From: Phoronis australis
Taxonomy: Eukaryota; Animalia; Phoronida
Direction: 5' to 3'
Length of the DNA: 64,000 nucleotides
NCBI GenBank assembly: GCA_002633005.1
Contig: NMRA01000002.1
Span: 2,202,655-2,266,654 of the forward strand
Below the pieces are notes generated by a model that searched no databases, was not told the DNA's origin, and saw only the letters and a program-made list of their open reading frames with translations. This document shows, one piece after another, positions 49,902 to 64,000 of this stretch. A program made the position numbers and the translations under genes. How positions within the stretch are numbered: position 1 is the stretch's first letter; every line of letters begins with the position of its first letter.

Positions 49902-52900
49902 TTACATCCTGTCCTCCGTACACAAATCCATAGCATGATTAGCGTAGGCCATATCATCTGGATCTCTCATCTTGTAACTGGGTACAAGGCATATGTCTTT
50001 TCTCTCTCCTTTCAGAGGCGCACTCTTGTCAACTCTGCAAAATGAATGATACATGCCAGTTTTGTAATCCAGGGTAATCAATTTCAAATCGTAAACCTCT
50101 GTCGTACCAACAAAAACACTAATTTATACGTCTACCCATTCGTACGCTCTTTGAAAAGTATGCTGGCAATGTATGCGAATGCATAGTGGCGTATTTCCGA
50201 AGTTACGAAGGAACTCGGGTTATTAATTGTTCAATTCTGCGTCTCCCCCTATTTGTTAAGTAGGTTGCGTCTATTCCGACTTCCCACGTGCAAAATGTAG
50301 AGGACCTGGCGTCAACTGTTGTGGTGGAAGTGTCGGTGGTGCTCGTTTAAGAGGTCTGGAAAGCGGTAAACAGTCTGAATTGCAATATTGAAAATGGTGC
50401 TTTGCCACTGAAACATAATTCAAACTGCTCGACGCCAGGTATTTTTAGGGTTTGTTCGTAAAGATTTTTAAGACCTGTTGATGTCAAAGGAAATACTTTT
50501 AGTTTCAATTTTCAAAAACACAATCTGTCAACTGCTCGCCTCTAAGTCGATTTTTCTCCCATAAGCCAAAGCACGTCTCCGTATTTGGTATGACAAGAGA
50601 TAGACGTAGCACATTTCCCTTAAATGGAAAACGTGACCTTTGACTTCAAGCGACTTCAAGCAACTGACTCTCACTGGTTCCCTGCGTGCCGCTAGGTGGT
50701 CAGTAGCCATCACGCAGGTATCACTTAATTTTCCTCGAGAAATTACACCAGCGTTTCTGATTGGCTAGTCGAATTCTCAACAGGCAGTGCTTTACGCAAA
50801 CAAACGGGCATAACAGATACTCTGTAGTCTATGCTGGCATAACTCAGTGATGGACTGAAGTGTAAATGAGGTCTATTGTACAGACAAATCGGTGCCTAAA
50901 CTTTATGTTCAGGAAATGTGAATCCTAGAAGTTGTGGTTGCGCCTTTTCAGAATGCATCTTTCTACGGTCGATGACTTTTGTTTACGATATTGTCCTATG
51001 AATAACATAAATCGGCCAGATATGTGAACTTTATTGTACATGTATGTGCCGTTTCAAGCACGCGACTATTAAACATCACTGCAGAAACGAAATATTTGCT
51101 GCGACGCCACTTGCATGACAATGCTAAAAATCGTTCACAATCCGGCATTTTTTCATGGTGTTGTAAAGCTAACAAATGACTGCTGAGATTACGTCAAGCA
51201 ATGCTAAAGCGCGTGCCACTGCGTAATACCTGCGTGCTGGAGGCTAGGCACGTAGGGGACCAGCGAGGCAATTGACTGTGAGCAAACTCCCGTTTTACAG
51301 TAAATAAGAAAGTAAGAAAACGTTTAGTTTAAATTTAATTGTTTCAGGTCATTGCACCAACTAATTGATTCAGGTAATTTGTTTCTCATACAGACACAAC
51401 GATTATGAATTGAGTTTAGGCCGTAAGTAGATGAACGAAATCTCGATACAGATAAGACATTCTGTCCCCGGAAGTTACATTTATGGGATGATTGGCGTTG
51501 TTGTTTGAAGCAATCTAGAGGACATGGGCCAACATGGTGGACTTGTTTAAAAACTTTTAAAACTAGACACATCATACATGTACGATTAGCCACCAAAGGA
51601 ACAGAGTTTGCCCTTGAAATCAAAGCTGAATACGAGGACTGGTAATCATAAAACACAAACTTTTATCACAAGTGACTGGGAGATTAGTTTTGCCTTCGCG
51701 CGTATTTCAAAATCATGAAGTTTGTCATTTTTCATGAAAATTGGGAAAGTGAATTAGACTGCACTAGACGTTGCGAGATGGTACTTTCGTTAGGAATTCT
51801 TTAAATAGAGAATCCAACACTGGTCTCAGGTTTATGACATAGGCAAAATATCTCAAAATCTCGAGGCTTGACAAGAGGTTTTGCCTATGTCAACATGAGA
51901 CGAGTGTAGGATTTGTTTTTTTCACATGAACCGGAAAAACGATTTTTTTGCCAAAAAACTCGACGTGCATAAAACTTTCAACCACGTGACGCAACTTTTG
52001 TAAAAACGCGCTTGCGCAATGTAAAGTAATTCAGTTACTTTTTTTGTTAATAGTTTTGTTTTAAACTTAGCAAGTGCCAATTTCATTCAGCTTAGGTAGC
52101 AAATGTTCAAGTTAGAATCTAATCAATAGTCTTTGAAGTTGTAAAATTAAAACTTCAAAAATGTTTATAAAGAACAGTCAGCAAGGCTTCCCCGATCGTG
52201 AGCTCTGATTTAACCTCGAGACAACACAGCTAGACTGTCTCATAGCGTTTCTGGAGTTCGTCTCCGTTTGAATGAACGTGGAGATGGAATTCACCGCCGA
52301 AGATGGGTCCGTTTAAGAAGTTGTTTGCATGTCCCTCCGACTGGGAAAACGTAAAATTGCCACACCCGATTTGTCAATCATAACCTTGTCACCTTCTCGA
52401 AATTCCGACATTGTTTGGTTGGCGCGCGTTTGGTTGTTTTGGTGTATTGCAGACGATAAAATGAAAGGCGTATGGATTTCTATTTTGCACTACTTTGTGA
52501 TTCGTCCATGTAATATCAAAAATTACGTACTCGGTGTTATTAACCAATCGTGTAGTAACACATTCCAGGTCATGTGAGAAAAGATATTTTTGACGAGCTT
52601 TAGTTTTCCATGCCTGTTTAAGTCGACGAGACTGTTATTGTCGCGGCTGAGCTTTTAAAATGGCATAATTGTGTACTTACCCCGTTAGTGTCGTGATAGA
52701 ATTCTTTACGTGTCATTAAGTTTCATGTTGTGTTAAAACACAGAACTCTTGAACAGGCAGATTCTGACTCCGATCATTATATCTTAGTGATTGCACCCAA
52801 AATACAATTACATTTCTGGTAAAAGCATCAGATCAAGGATGCATTCAAATCAAGCTATAAATAAAAGACATTTACAAAGAAGATTTTCCTTCCGAATTCC

Positions 52901-55900
52901 TGCACAAAATATAGCAAGTGCCTTCTTTGGTTGTGTACAACAACACATAATCTAATACGATAAAGCTTCATTCGCCCTGTTTTGCTGGCTAATTACGGAA
53001 ATGGAGGTAGATCTTTTACCCTGTCTTATAATTTTTGTTACCATGGTAGGTACAGTACCGTGTATCTCCGTCCGTTACCAACAAGGATAATGAAAACATC
53101 AACGGATCAAAATGCATGGGAGTTTACAGCTGTTCCTACATCAACGTGCTTACTTTCCAAAGTTGTTTCCGTCCTCGATTGTTTCAGGCAACTCCTTTCC
53201 TGCCGTCTCGGGCAGAAACAGTGACAGAAGTCCAGCGGCGATAGTCAATACCCCGAACACGATCTGCGGCAAAGCTACACTCATGGAACCCCCAGCAAGC
53301 CTGCCCTGGAATAAGTTCAAAGGGAATGTTTGGTACTGAAGTTTTCAAGTTGTTGCTTCAGTGTCAGCTATTGAGCATTCTAAACACACAAGATGAAAGC
53401 CAGTAAATTTTACTGGCCATCGCGAGAGAGTATCATTGGTGAAGTTTAGAGCGAAAAGAGAAGATTTGGTTACAACCGGCGGCGTAGATTGAAATGGATA
53501 ATTCTCATTATTATCAAGCTAACAATGCAATCAGAGCGCACGAACAAGTTTAGGCAACGACAGTCCGCCATCATTGTTTCACAAAAATAGTTGTGAACGG
53601 AAGTGAAAAGTTGGTTTTACCATGCATTTTGTGCACTTGCAAAGCAGGTCAAAGATATGGCGAGGACGAATGAGGAATAAGTCACCGTGGCGCTGCTAAA
53701 CTTATGAATAAGACTCCTCGATCAGCTTAGTATACATGTACGTCCAACGTCAGGATAGGCATGCAGACACGTTGAAAGAAATTCACTTTCATTGATGGCA
53801 TTTCACAAATAAAGTTTTATTTCATTTTAGTTGCTTCAATGTGAAATCTAACACGAATTACCAATTTAGCACATGAAGCGGTGAGTCACAACACACAGAG
53901 CGACGTGTCGATTCGTGATCTCGTTGACAGCATAAGGCAATTTATTGTTCCCAACACCAGTGGATACCAAAACACTTTCAAACGCTTTCAAGTTGTACCA
54001 ATGTAGCTTTCCCTACAACTGTTTGTATTGCGAAATACACCATGTAGCTTACCGCAACACCGATTGTCGTGATCGCGCACACGAGTGCAGTGCGAAAAAA
54101 CTACTCGGAGTGCGTCTCGCCAAAAGCAAGAACACGCAAGACCACGGAAAATCACGCGGGTGAAAGGCCAGTGTTTCGCGAGTATGCGTGGGACCATTCT
54201 TACGTACCATAGCAAAATGGTGATTAGTCGGTGCGGTTGCATTGTGGAATTATCTGATGTAATTCACTTTTTCCACAAGCGAAGATTTCTCGCAGCAAAT
54301 CAACCATAGTGGGTCTTGGGTCAAAGGAGAACGCACCTAATACCTGTCTAAATCTATGAGCATCGGTCACTACGATTATAGTCAAAGGCTTAGCATTCTG
54401 GATATTCCGCTGGACGGGACAGTACGTTTGAATAACACGAGGTCTACCCGACTTTCACTGGTTGCAGACATGAATGTCCACGTGAACGAAACGTAGATTC
54501 CATTGTTAATGACTTAGCAGTTATTAAACTTCGTACCAAGTCTGCTATAGGAGCGGCGGACATGCTGCCTATACGAGCCACCATGGAACTCATGCCCATC
54601 AGCACATTTCTGCAAACCGTTGGGAAGATCTCAGCCGACCAGAAGTAGATGATGGCATAACCCACCGTGGCGCCAAATTTTCCAACCATAGAAAGGGCAA
54701 TCAGCCAGTCGTTGTTGGCTGAAATTGTATACAACCATCCTTTAGTTTAATACAGACCAGTTCTCCAGTCAATGGCCAATAATACTGCTGTTGCTGAAAA
54801 GACGAGGATGTGAAATTTTCCTCGAAAAATAAGATACCTTAATAAGTATTGTAGAACAAAAAATACACAACCACCGTCTTTAAAGGATTTCTGTTTGTAC
54901 AACGTAAACTGCAAGACAAACAGTGTCTTCCTGAAAGTCAATACTTACAGCTCATGTAAAGGACAATGAAAATCGTGCTGATGCAGGCCACGCCCCCCAA
55001 AATCATACTTCCGACGTGTGGACCCTTCCGACCAAGGCACTTGCAAGCGAAGCAAAATGCATACCCCGGGAACTCTATCAATCCTGAGAGAAGGAAGTTG
55101 AAGAAAATGTCGCCACCTAAATTTCCACTGTTGAGCGCCAATCCGTAGTACACCATGGACAACACAATCCTTAAAAGACAATAAATTCGTCTGACCTTGA
55201 AGCTGGTACGAACCCCCCTTTTGATGGTTTTGGTGCCTAATGTTTTATTTGTCGAAATAAGAAGAGATTCTGGGCTTGGACAGAAGTGATCATTTGTTGC
55301 TGCTCGTGACCCTACTCCATGGTTGACTTAAAGGGTCATTTTGCCACGAAATCGCTTCTAATTTGAGCAAGGGACGTGTGCAGTCCACTTTTATTTCTGT
55401 AAACGAAGAATGATCTTAATAAAATTATTCTTTGATGTCATATGGCAGGCTCATATCCACTATTTAAATTTCATGTGTGCTAGTCTTATTTCCGGATGCG
55501 TATTGTGTGTTAGTTTACTTTGATGTCAGCGCTTCGAGTTTTTCATATGCCAAAATATTTGTATAAAAAAAATCGCAACGACAAACTTGTACTTGTCGCC
55601 GACTTCCTTCCTAGGCCAATAGACAAATATATCGAAATGTCACTAAATTTTACAAAGAAAATAGTAACTTAAGTAAGTTCTCAGATCTTTGTGACATCAA
55701 GTCGATCAGGTGAACCAATAACCGAAAGACATGACTGTCATCTGGACAGTGTCTTACCAATTAAAGAACACAATAAGGCTGCGAACCAGTAGAGTTGGTG
55801 CCTTAATCAGTGCACGCGGGATTTCTTTAAACGTAAGTGTCTTGCCCTCTTGGTCATCACCGTCAAACAATTTATCTGGGAGGGTCACACCATTAACCTG

Positions 55901-58900
55901 AAATTTAATACATGTACATGTAGTGTTTAATCGATAAACTACATGTACTATGCATGCCAAAATTTTCTTTTTAAATTACGAAATATCCGAGAATAACAGT
56001 GTTCTGTAACAGAACTTTCAAGGTGTTATGACTTCAGGAGTCTACCTTAGCAGCGTGCTGAACGATGGCTGCCGCCTCCTCTTTACGGCCTCGTGCTATT
56101 AACCATCGGGCAGATTCTGGGACGAAACTACAAATAAAAATGCTTGAATGTTCAACTTGATTAATGTTCATCGATGTGGAATCAGTTAGTATATTAATAT
56201 TTACTTAAGCCTTAATAAAAAAGTTTTGTTATTTTAGGCGTATTGGGTTAACCAGTCCCGGCAATACTAGTGTAAAATAAGAAAACACTTTTCAATACCT
56301 TAAACGTGGAATTTTCAAATCACACGTGAAGTAACTTTTCGCGCTATATAACATCACCTCTACAGCACGGAACAAGCAAGGCAAGGCCAAAAGGAGTTGT
56401 ATAGGTGGAACTCAATAGTTTTTGAGCCGCGGATGATTTTAGTTCCCCAATTCCATTAATAAATAACTGCTGTTGGCTTGGCTGTGCATCTCAAGGTTTT
56501 TGCTTCATTTTTAATCTGTTCTGAGCACACTGATTCGATACAATTCGTCACTTAACGTGAGACTTTATAATTCGCATCAACAAAAGTATTTATCCCATAC
56601 GCGTCGAATATGTTGAGTGCAATTCGGCTATGTGGTATTGTTTCCCGTATCACTCCCTTCACTACTTTTAATAGTGTCCTCTATACACATTGGAAGTACA
56701 GAAGGTAGGTCAACCTCCAGTCTAAGTCATCATAGCCGGCTTAATCGTCTAACTTCCCCGAAATAGTTTAAATAATCACGTTGCAGTAGTATAAATGACA
56801 CTCAACATGCAATCATGTCCGGAACGTAACATCTGGTACAAAACTGATACACTTCTGTCACTTTTATTTGCTGAAACGTTGTATCGTCTGCAACACTAGC
56901 AGCTGTTTCCGCCGTAACCCAATGTCAAATACCTTTCTTGTCATTTATTTACTTTCAAAAATACTACAACTGCAACGTACAACTACCGATATTTTGATCT
57001 TTGCTATTTCTTTTCAGGTAATAAATCTTTACATCTAATACTGTGATGCATGTACTGTTTTCCTTTACTAGAGTAAACTAGTATCATAGCGCGCAGGTAG
57101 GCCTACATACATTTATGCACTGTGAGTTGAGATAGGCCAGGTGAACAGTCTGGGTGACGTATTAAAAATATTTGCCCGAAAATAAAAGAAACTAAACGTT
57201 TGGGATAAGTACGGTCGATACGCAAAATGGCGCCTCAGTACGTTTTGTGCGAGGAAATGAGCAAACTGTGTAGCCCCAATATACGAGTTTGGTTTTATTA
57301 AAGATAGGCTGTTGTTGACCCCTTGATCCACTTATTAGTCAGCCGTGGCTTTTTTGAACCTTTAATGAGTGCAAGCGGGAAGTTAAAAATTAGCAGGAAT
57401 TCTAGGTTTACCCTCCGGACACTTTGTATTTGTAAAACTCTCGTTGGTCGACTCCCATGCACTTTTTACTTGATTTTCGTAACTTGTGGAGAGATTTGGC
57501 AATCTGAATCCACTGTCTCTCAGTTCCTAGTAATCTAGGGCAAATAATGGCCTTGGGGTGAAAACTTCTCATTTGGTGTATTTTTGCACCCCTTCGTTTC
57601 AAGTGGCCTGCCGTGCTTCCACATGGGCGGCGCAACACTGAAACAAGTGGGGGCGCTACTTTATGCCCCAGCCCCCTTTGGTGTGCCGCCCATGTTGTGG
57701 TAGTCGTAAAAGATCGAACGTTGACTTTCTATCTCACTTGACTTTGTGCAAGGTATTTTGCCGAGTGCATACTTTTCATATTTTCAGGTTTTGTACATCC
57801 GGTGGAAATGAAAGACCTTGGAGGAGACACAACCTGCCTCCCGTTCAGTAACGCTAGGACCTCGTTAAAAAGCAAGACTTCGCGAGATTACGTGAGATAT
57901 TGCCGTGCATTTTAAATGAGAACACGTGACTTTGACAAGGTTTTAGCTAGGTCCTAGCGTAGGTCCTTGCGTCTACTGAACGCACGCCTGGTTTTTCAAG
58001 ATCAAAACCAGTGTACTCAGTGCCATAAGCGTGTGGATAGAACGAAAGTGACATAGACTAACGTACGTAAGTCAACAAGCCCCAACTGTCTATTACATTT
58101 AGCACGTGAGTTTTACGAATGAGACACAAAACGTATTGTAACACACAAATTGTTGTTCTGCTGCCACACGCCAGACGATTGCATAGAGTCTACGAGCGAG
58201 TACATATTAGCTGTCTAACAAAACGTACAGTACAGTCGTGCCTTCAACCAAGTTTGTGTCAATGAAGGGCAGCTGCCGAGCTTTACTAATCTTTAAGTGT
58301 CTTTAAGAACAGTAACTTTGACCAAACTCACAATCCATAGGACAGTAACAGAAAGCATGGCAGAGAACAGGCTAACTGAAGCCACGTCCAGTCACGAAGA
58401 AGGTAGGCCATGCCTGTCAGAATGATGTAACCGGCGGCAAAGAAGAATTCGATAACTATACCGGCGAACAGTCGCATTGAAGGAACCATAAACTCAATAC
58501 CTGGAAAGATTTGAAGAGTTACAGCAATAAAAATAAATGGACAAATGTGAAAAATATGCAATTACAACGATTTTAGTTTTAACATCATCTTCAAAAGTAA
58601 GTTTAGTACTCTTATAATACACATGTGTGCAGTCAAAAGTTGAGATGTCATAAAGGAATGATTAAAAAGTAGATTCAGTTCAGCAAAGCACAGTAATGGC
58701 ATACTCAATTGAAAATTTTCCATTACATCTGTACAGATTTCACCACATTTAGAGATTCGTCACCTTATCTCGATTGCATATAAGTTTCAAAACTGTTTGG
58801 ATTGTTTCAACGTTTCGAAAGAGGTATAACATCGAAATTGCAATATTTTCAAACAATATGTATGCAGTCTAAATACAAATTATTTACAAATTGTTTTCTT

Positions 58901-61825
58901 CTAAAAAATATTGTGTCACATGGCTACAGTCACTTACCGACTACAAATGCCATCAAAAAGACTCCCGTAGTGGAAGCTCCGGTAAAAAAACGGAAAATAA
59001 TGTAGGCGATGTAGTTTGGTGAGAACGCTGTGGCGACCCCTGTGGCTCCTTGTAACAAAATCGATATGAGCAAAGTTTTCTTGCGGCCAATTCTGAAAAA
59101 TGTCACGCTATTAGCACAGAAATGAGCTTGTTAGGAATTCTAATATTTAGATAACGTACAATGTTTTCAGTAAACAATACTAAATTCCCATAGTTTTTAA
59201 AAATACTTACAGAACATCTATCTTTCTGTGGCTAAACGTTCGAATTACAAGAAATAGACATGGTTACATAACCATTCAAAAAGTTGAAATAATTTACAAG
59301 CTACCTAACTGATAGGTTCAGTAGTTGAATGTAACTGAAAACTTCTGTAGAGATGGTCTTAAGCCAAGGTCACACTACCCGCCGTTCGGCAGTCGACGTC
59401 CAAAAACTCAAAGAAACGCACGGAGGGCTGCCATATATATATGTAACCTGCTGGCCGCAGACTGACGCAGAGGTTTTTCGTCATGTCAAATGCAATCTAC
59501 GAGCCATTATACTTTTTTTCAGCAATTTGGGAACGCCAAAAATGGCACGGTCAAAAACTAGCACATCCGGTTGTGACTTAGGTCTTACATGTCCATTGAC
59601 AGACTTTGCAGATATATCGAGAAGTCTGCGAAATTAATAAGGGGACAAACTGTGTGAAATACCCCAAAAAATGCCCTAAAGCTGGAGAGATTGTGGTTGT
59701 CCATTCCCTGTTCTCTTAGTAAACTTCAGTAAAAACCGATGCGACATGTAGCCGACATTTTAAACGCAATCAACTGATGAAGTCATACATGTATGCCTCG
59801 ACTTCATCCTACCGAATGGATGGAAGCCAACATCGGGAGTGGACGATTTCAAACCACAATATCCGTCAAACGCCTTTCAAGCCCCGGCGATTTCGCGCCA
59901 TTGTTGTTGCCGTATTCTTTACAAGTTTTTCTCTGCAGCATTACTCCATTCGAAAACCTCAAAAATACATAATAAACCGCTTATGTCTATTCATGACCCA
60001 TCTTTGTATACAGTGTACCTGCGTTTTGGTTCAAGTTTCAAGATTAAACCTCTTGTTTTTGTTTTTAATTCGGAGAGTTAGCGTTCATAATTACACGTAA
60101 TTAAACATGGTCCAAATGGAGATCACTGGTTACTTTAACGGAAAGCTTCACTGCCGCTGATTTTATTTAGTTGAGTTAGTTCGCGAGTCCGCCTTGGCCG
60201 CTGCTGTCTTAACATCGCTATTACAAAAATCAATTATAAGTAAGAATATTCAAAATGCATACATACATACAAAATATACCAAATTTTCTAAAACACCTTC
60301 AAAAAGGTAGCATTTCCGTCAATACAATATGACTAACGTGAACTTTATTTTTTACCATTCGTTCTTTTTTCTGCTTAAAACATCCGATTAAGGTATAAAC
60401 CAAATGTTCTACTTTGCCAGTAGAACAAGGTGCCTTAGTTATACATTGCCTGCAGAATCCTTGAGCGGTGAGATGTATTTTTTAAGCCTACAGAGGACCA
60501 AAAATATCTGAATGAAGATATATTTCGTGAAATTTGAAAACTTCGGTCAATTTTTTTGTTTTGTAGTCTATACTTTTCTATCGAACGTAAACAGATTTAG
60601 TAAATTGGACGCTTTATATTGAGTGGACGATGGAACAGTTTCGTTTATATGTTACTGTACATGGTGACAGCAAGCGTGACAATACTTTTTCTTCCTGTTA
60701 CTCTGCGGTGAGATTTTTCTATGATGAACGTTACGTCAAAATCAAAATGAAGTTTCTACGAATTTTTAGCAGTGATGTTGCTTTGACTCGAATTCCGCTA
60801 AGTCCAAAAAATACATTATTGCCTTACTCAAAGCGTCATATATCACTATTACGAGATTAATTGAAGTCGTCCCTTCCAAATTTAATTCACAAGTATTCAT
60901 TGACTTGAAACGTGTTTCATTGATAATCTTACTACATCCTCATTTCTCTAAGACAATCATGCTTGCGAACTGTGCGTAACTGTTGAAAGAGTTGATCAGA
61001 ACCTAATGAGTTTGAAAGGTAGTTCAAATCTTAAACGTTACCACGCTAATGGCCGTGAACTTGTCGACAGTCTTTCGAGTGAAACAGTCCCTCTCTAATT
61101 TTAAGTAAATCACAATATAAACAAATTCATTTTGAGGAATATCTCAACAAAATTCACAATACTTATCACAAATGTCCATATGAAACCACCTTTTTCAAAG
61201 CTCTCAAATTTGAAATACATGTGCTGGCTCCTTGATATGTACTTATTTCCCGTAACCCTTTCTGGAAAAATTACTCACGCGTCGGACAGAATACCGAATG
61301 ACGCTGCCCCGGCCAGATTTCCGGCCATGAGCATAACGGTCGCCAATGTTGCTTTACCCTGGTCAGCGCATACGAGGTTGAACTGAAAAAGATGGTTCAA
61401 TTTCAAAGTACATGTACATGTTTAATGAATAGCGGAATTTGATTGTTTTATTCTGGCTCAGAACTACACCGGAAAACCCAAGACCTTCCTGTTGCTTCAC
61501 GATTAAGAATTCTGCATAATATCTAAATCAATAAATAAACAAACAAATAAAGGAACACATAAATTAAAAGCTAACCTGAGTGACGACAGTCTTTTGGAAT
61601 ATGGACGTGTCATAAACCCATGAAGAACACTTAGACTTATCGGTCAGATTAAGTGTCAAGTTCCGCTGGAAAATTTCCACAGCCCATGTGAAGTTGACGT
61701 CGGAGTAAATGTTGCATTTGTCAATAGTTCCGTCATCGTTTATGGGAATGAACGCGTTGACGTAGGCTTGATGCGACTCGTTACGAATTTGGAATGTGTC
61801 TCCAGAAAAACCAGGTATGGCACAC
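49902..61825 (-). CDS. SLC22/Orct-like transporter, gene A (exons 2-11; exon 1 not found, probably right of window)
   Basis: Exons 61825-61576, 61382-61279, 59092-58938, 58500-58332, 56127-56046, 55897-55758, 55169-54949, 54718-54537, 53305-53154, 50034-49902. All are GT-AG with the same phases and mostly the same lengths (104,155,169,82,221,182,152) as gene B. Motifs [44 protein letters not shown]; ends TEDRM*. Confidence 0.9.
51324..51660 (-). mobile_element. Decayed CR1/L2-like LINE 3' fragment
   Basis: [16 protein letters not shown]...LKVFK...[14 protein letters not shown] resembles the CR1/L2 ORF2 C-terminus. Confidence 0.55.
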
Positions 61826-63420
61826 CTACAAAGCAAAATTTGGCATGAAGTAGCAGTGCCGGATTGAGGTTACTGAGGATTCATAAGCAGTAAAAAGGCT
61901 GGAAACCTCAGAAATTTAGAGGTGCCCATCGACAGAATTCCCTTCCGCTTGACTATAAATGGAGCTTCTCCTAGTCGCCTTGCTGTTCAACCCCCCTTCC
62001 CCCAGTCGCCACACGTATGATTTCACAATTTATGATCTCAGTCCCCAACAGATCACCACAATTCGAAACCGTCGTCACGTAATTTTCAGTGTAAATTTGG
62101 AGGGGCACCTGAGGCTAAGAGGTGAGCACCTATTTTGCGGGTTGTCCTAAGCAGTAGCCTAGTCAGCATAATAAATAATCTGGGTCCTGTTCCGTTAAAA
62201 ACACACATAGCAGCTATTACTTACTCATTAGAACTGGGAAAATAAAATGACAAACGTCTGTTTTGTGTGTACTGTGTTGTCTTTCACCATCATCACCGGG
62301 TTTGGTGTCATTTCGGAAACAAAGTCTGTTGGTAACAAGTGTTAATTTCACTCTGACAAAATATTTTGCATTAATAGAAATGGATGCTCTATAGTCACAA
62401 GTTGCAAACAGTGCATTGTTATGCTTTCTCACACAAGTGTAACTGTGTGCCGTTCAGGTACAAATAGCAAAGACAGATATCCAGGAGGTAATGTCTTTCC
62501 TGGATCACCACCACACGGCCAGTCAAGAAGACTTGATAGTGTTGCAAGATGAACATGTACATTGTACGTGGCTTTTTGTGTCTGTTGCACTAGACGCACA
62601 AAACTCGTGGAGGCATGAGATGCTGGCTTTACCTAAGTAACTAGGCATTATAGTTCAACCAGAGTACATGTAAAACATCTAATAACCACTAAAAAGACGG
62701 CTGACAGAACACTTGAGGAAAATTTAGCTATTTCAGTCTTTCGATCTCCTGTTCTCTGATTTCGAACTTTGTGGTATTTTGTTTCAGTTGGTGGTTTTAT
62801 TTCATGTTATTGTCGGAATCATACACGCCATATCAACACCGTTTCACTATTCTTATCGCACAATTTCTTGAGATATATACTAAATTAAGTTTTACTCGAC
62901 AAAGCGTTGCTTAGGGTAAAATGGCGGCTTGAAAACGCCGGCGAAGGTGTATTAAAATTCTGCGTTCTGATTGGTCAGTTAAACCGTCAGTCATAATCCT
63001 GGCGATAGGGCAATTTCCAAGGCTTTGCAAATCTTAGTGTGCAGCAAGCGCTTACCTGCAGGTCAACGCAACACGTGTCACCACGAAGCAATGGTTTTCC
63101 AAGGTGCAACAAAAAATAAAATCAATACAATTGAACACGTCATCACGTCAGATCGAGTGTCACTGGACTCTGGTGTGGTGGAACATGGTATTCGTGCTAT
63201 ATCAGTTTTTGTCTGCGACTTCTATCGAATTTGGTATTTGTGTGGCTGACTCAAAAAAGTTTGCAATATCCACATAAATCGCCAGCGAGAAAGGCTCGTG
63301 GAGTTATGCATACTTGTCTATTGGCTCTAGGAAATTGCTTGTAGACGCAGAAGACTATTGTAAAGTAAACTTTATTGAATTCAGATCATTGACCTGAATT
63401 CAATTTTACATAATAATTAA

Positions 63421-64000
63421 AATAACAATAACAATGACAATAACAATAACAACAATAATAATAACAACAATGGCAATAAACACAAAAGTAATAATAATTA
63501 CCCTGAAGATTACCAATACTATACAAATACACGGCTTGGACTAGGTTACAATGTAAAAACAATAATTCCTTTTTAAGAATGAAGACAAATGTTTTGAGTT
63601 CGACTAGTTTGTGAATAATGCAAGCTTCACACTCTGACGGTAGAAAATTTCTCCTCAGATTAGCAAGTACAAAGCATACAAAAGGAAGGTGAAGGTCTGT
63701 TTCAACTTCTCTTGCAATATAAATCTGGTGTAAGCATTCTTTTCCTGTGGAGTTATTTCTTCTACCAACTTTCTGTATTCAACTTGTGAGTGTTGCCCGT
63801 GAAATGTGTAAGGATAAATTTAAATGACGGATGTAGCTTGGCAGATAAGTGCAGTTGACAACAGAGGTCGCTCTTAATGTTATAAAAATAGACTTTTCAC
63901 AAATTTTGCATATCAGTTATCCATTTTTGCAACTGTACATCTCTCAATCTTTCTTCAGATTTACTAAGAGATGAATGGTCGTTTTCAACACCCTGGAACA
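63421..64000 (-). mobile_element. Decayed LINE 3' end with (ATT/GTT)n tail
   Basis: The minus strand reads EVETDLHLPFVCFVLANLRRNFLP near 63710-63640, like the LINE C-terminal HFLFxC motif; simple-repeat tail at 63421-63500. Confidence 0.55.

Noticed and set aside
61826-64000. Exon 1 of gene A
   Set aside because: No MxFDxxL..G.FG.YQ-like coding segment was found; it probably lies beyond the window.

Overview
AT-rich, intron- and transposon-rich eukaryotic DNA, most likely from an invertebrate animal (species not determinable from sequence alone). It holds a tandem cluster of three minus-strand SLC22/Orct-like (MFS organic cation/anion transporter) genes. Gene A has exons 2-11 at 61825-49902, with exon 1 not found and probably beyond the right edge. 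Gene B is complete: 11 exons, 44787-20319, 585 aa. Gene C has exons 1-4 at 5510-623 and runs off the left edge; it is a recent duplicate of B. The most notable observations are five. (1) An intact but highly diverged second copy of exon 5 in gene B (169 nt, same phases) is a candidate mutually exclusive exon covering TM5-TM6. (2) An orphan A-type terminal exon downstream of gene B could act as an alternative last exon. (3) A Maverick/Polinton fragment (integrase, small TM ORF, minor capsid) has its integrase split by a THAP-bearing Kolobok-type element at a TTAA. (4) A tandem repeat across an N at 16030 looks like two haplotypes differing by a 5.8-kb deletion. (5) TACATGTA, a possible Tc1 excision footprint, is strongly enriched. 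LINE, SINE, Tc1, hAT5-like and ISL2EU-like remnants fill the introns. All calls were made by eye without database searches.
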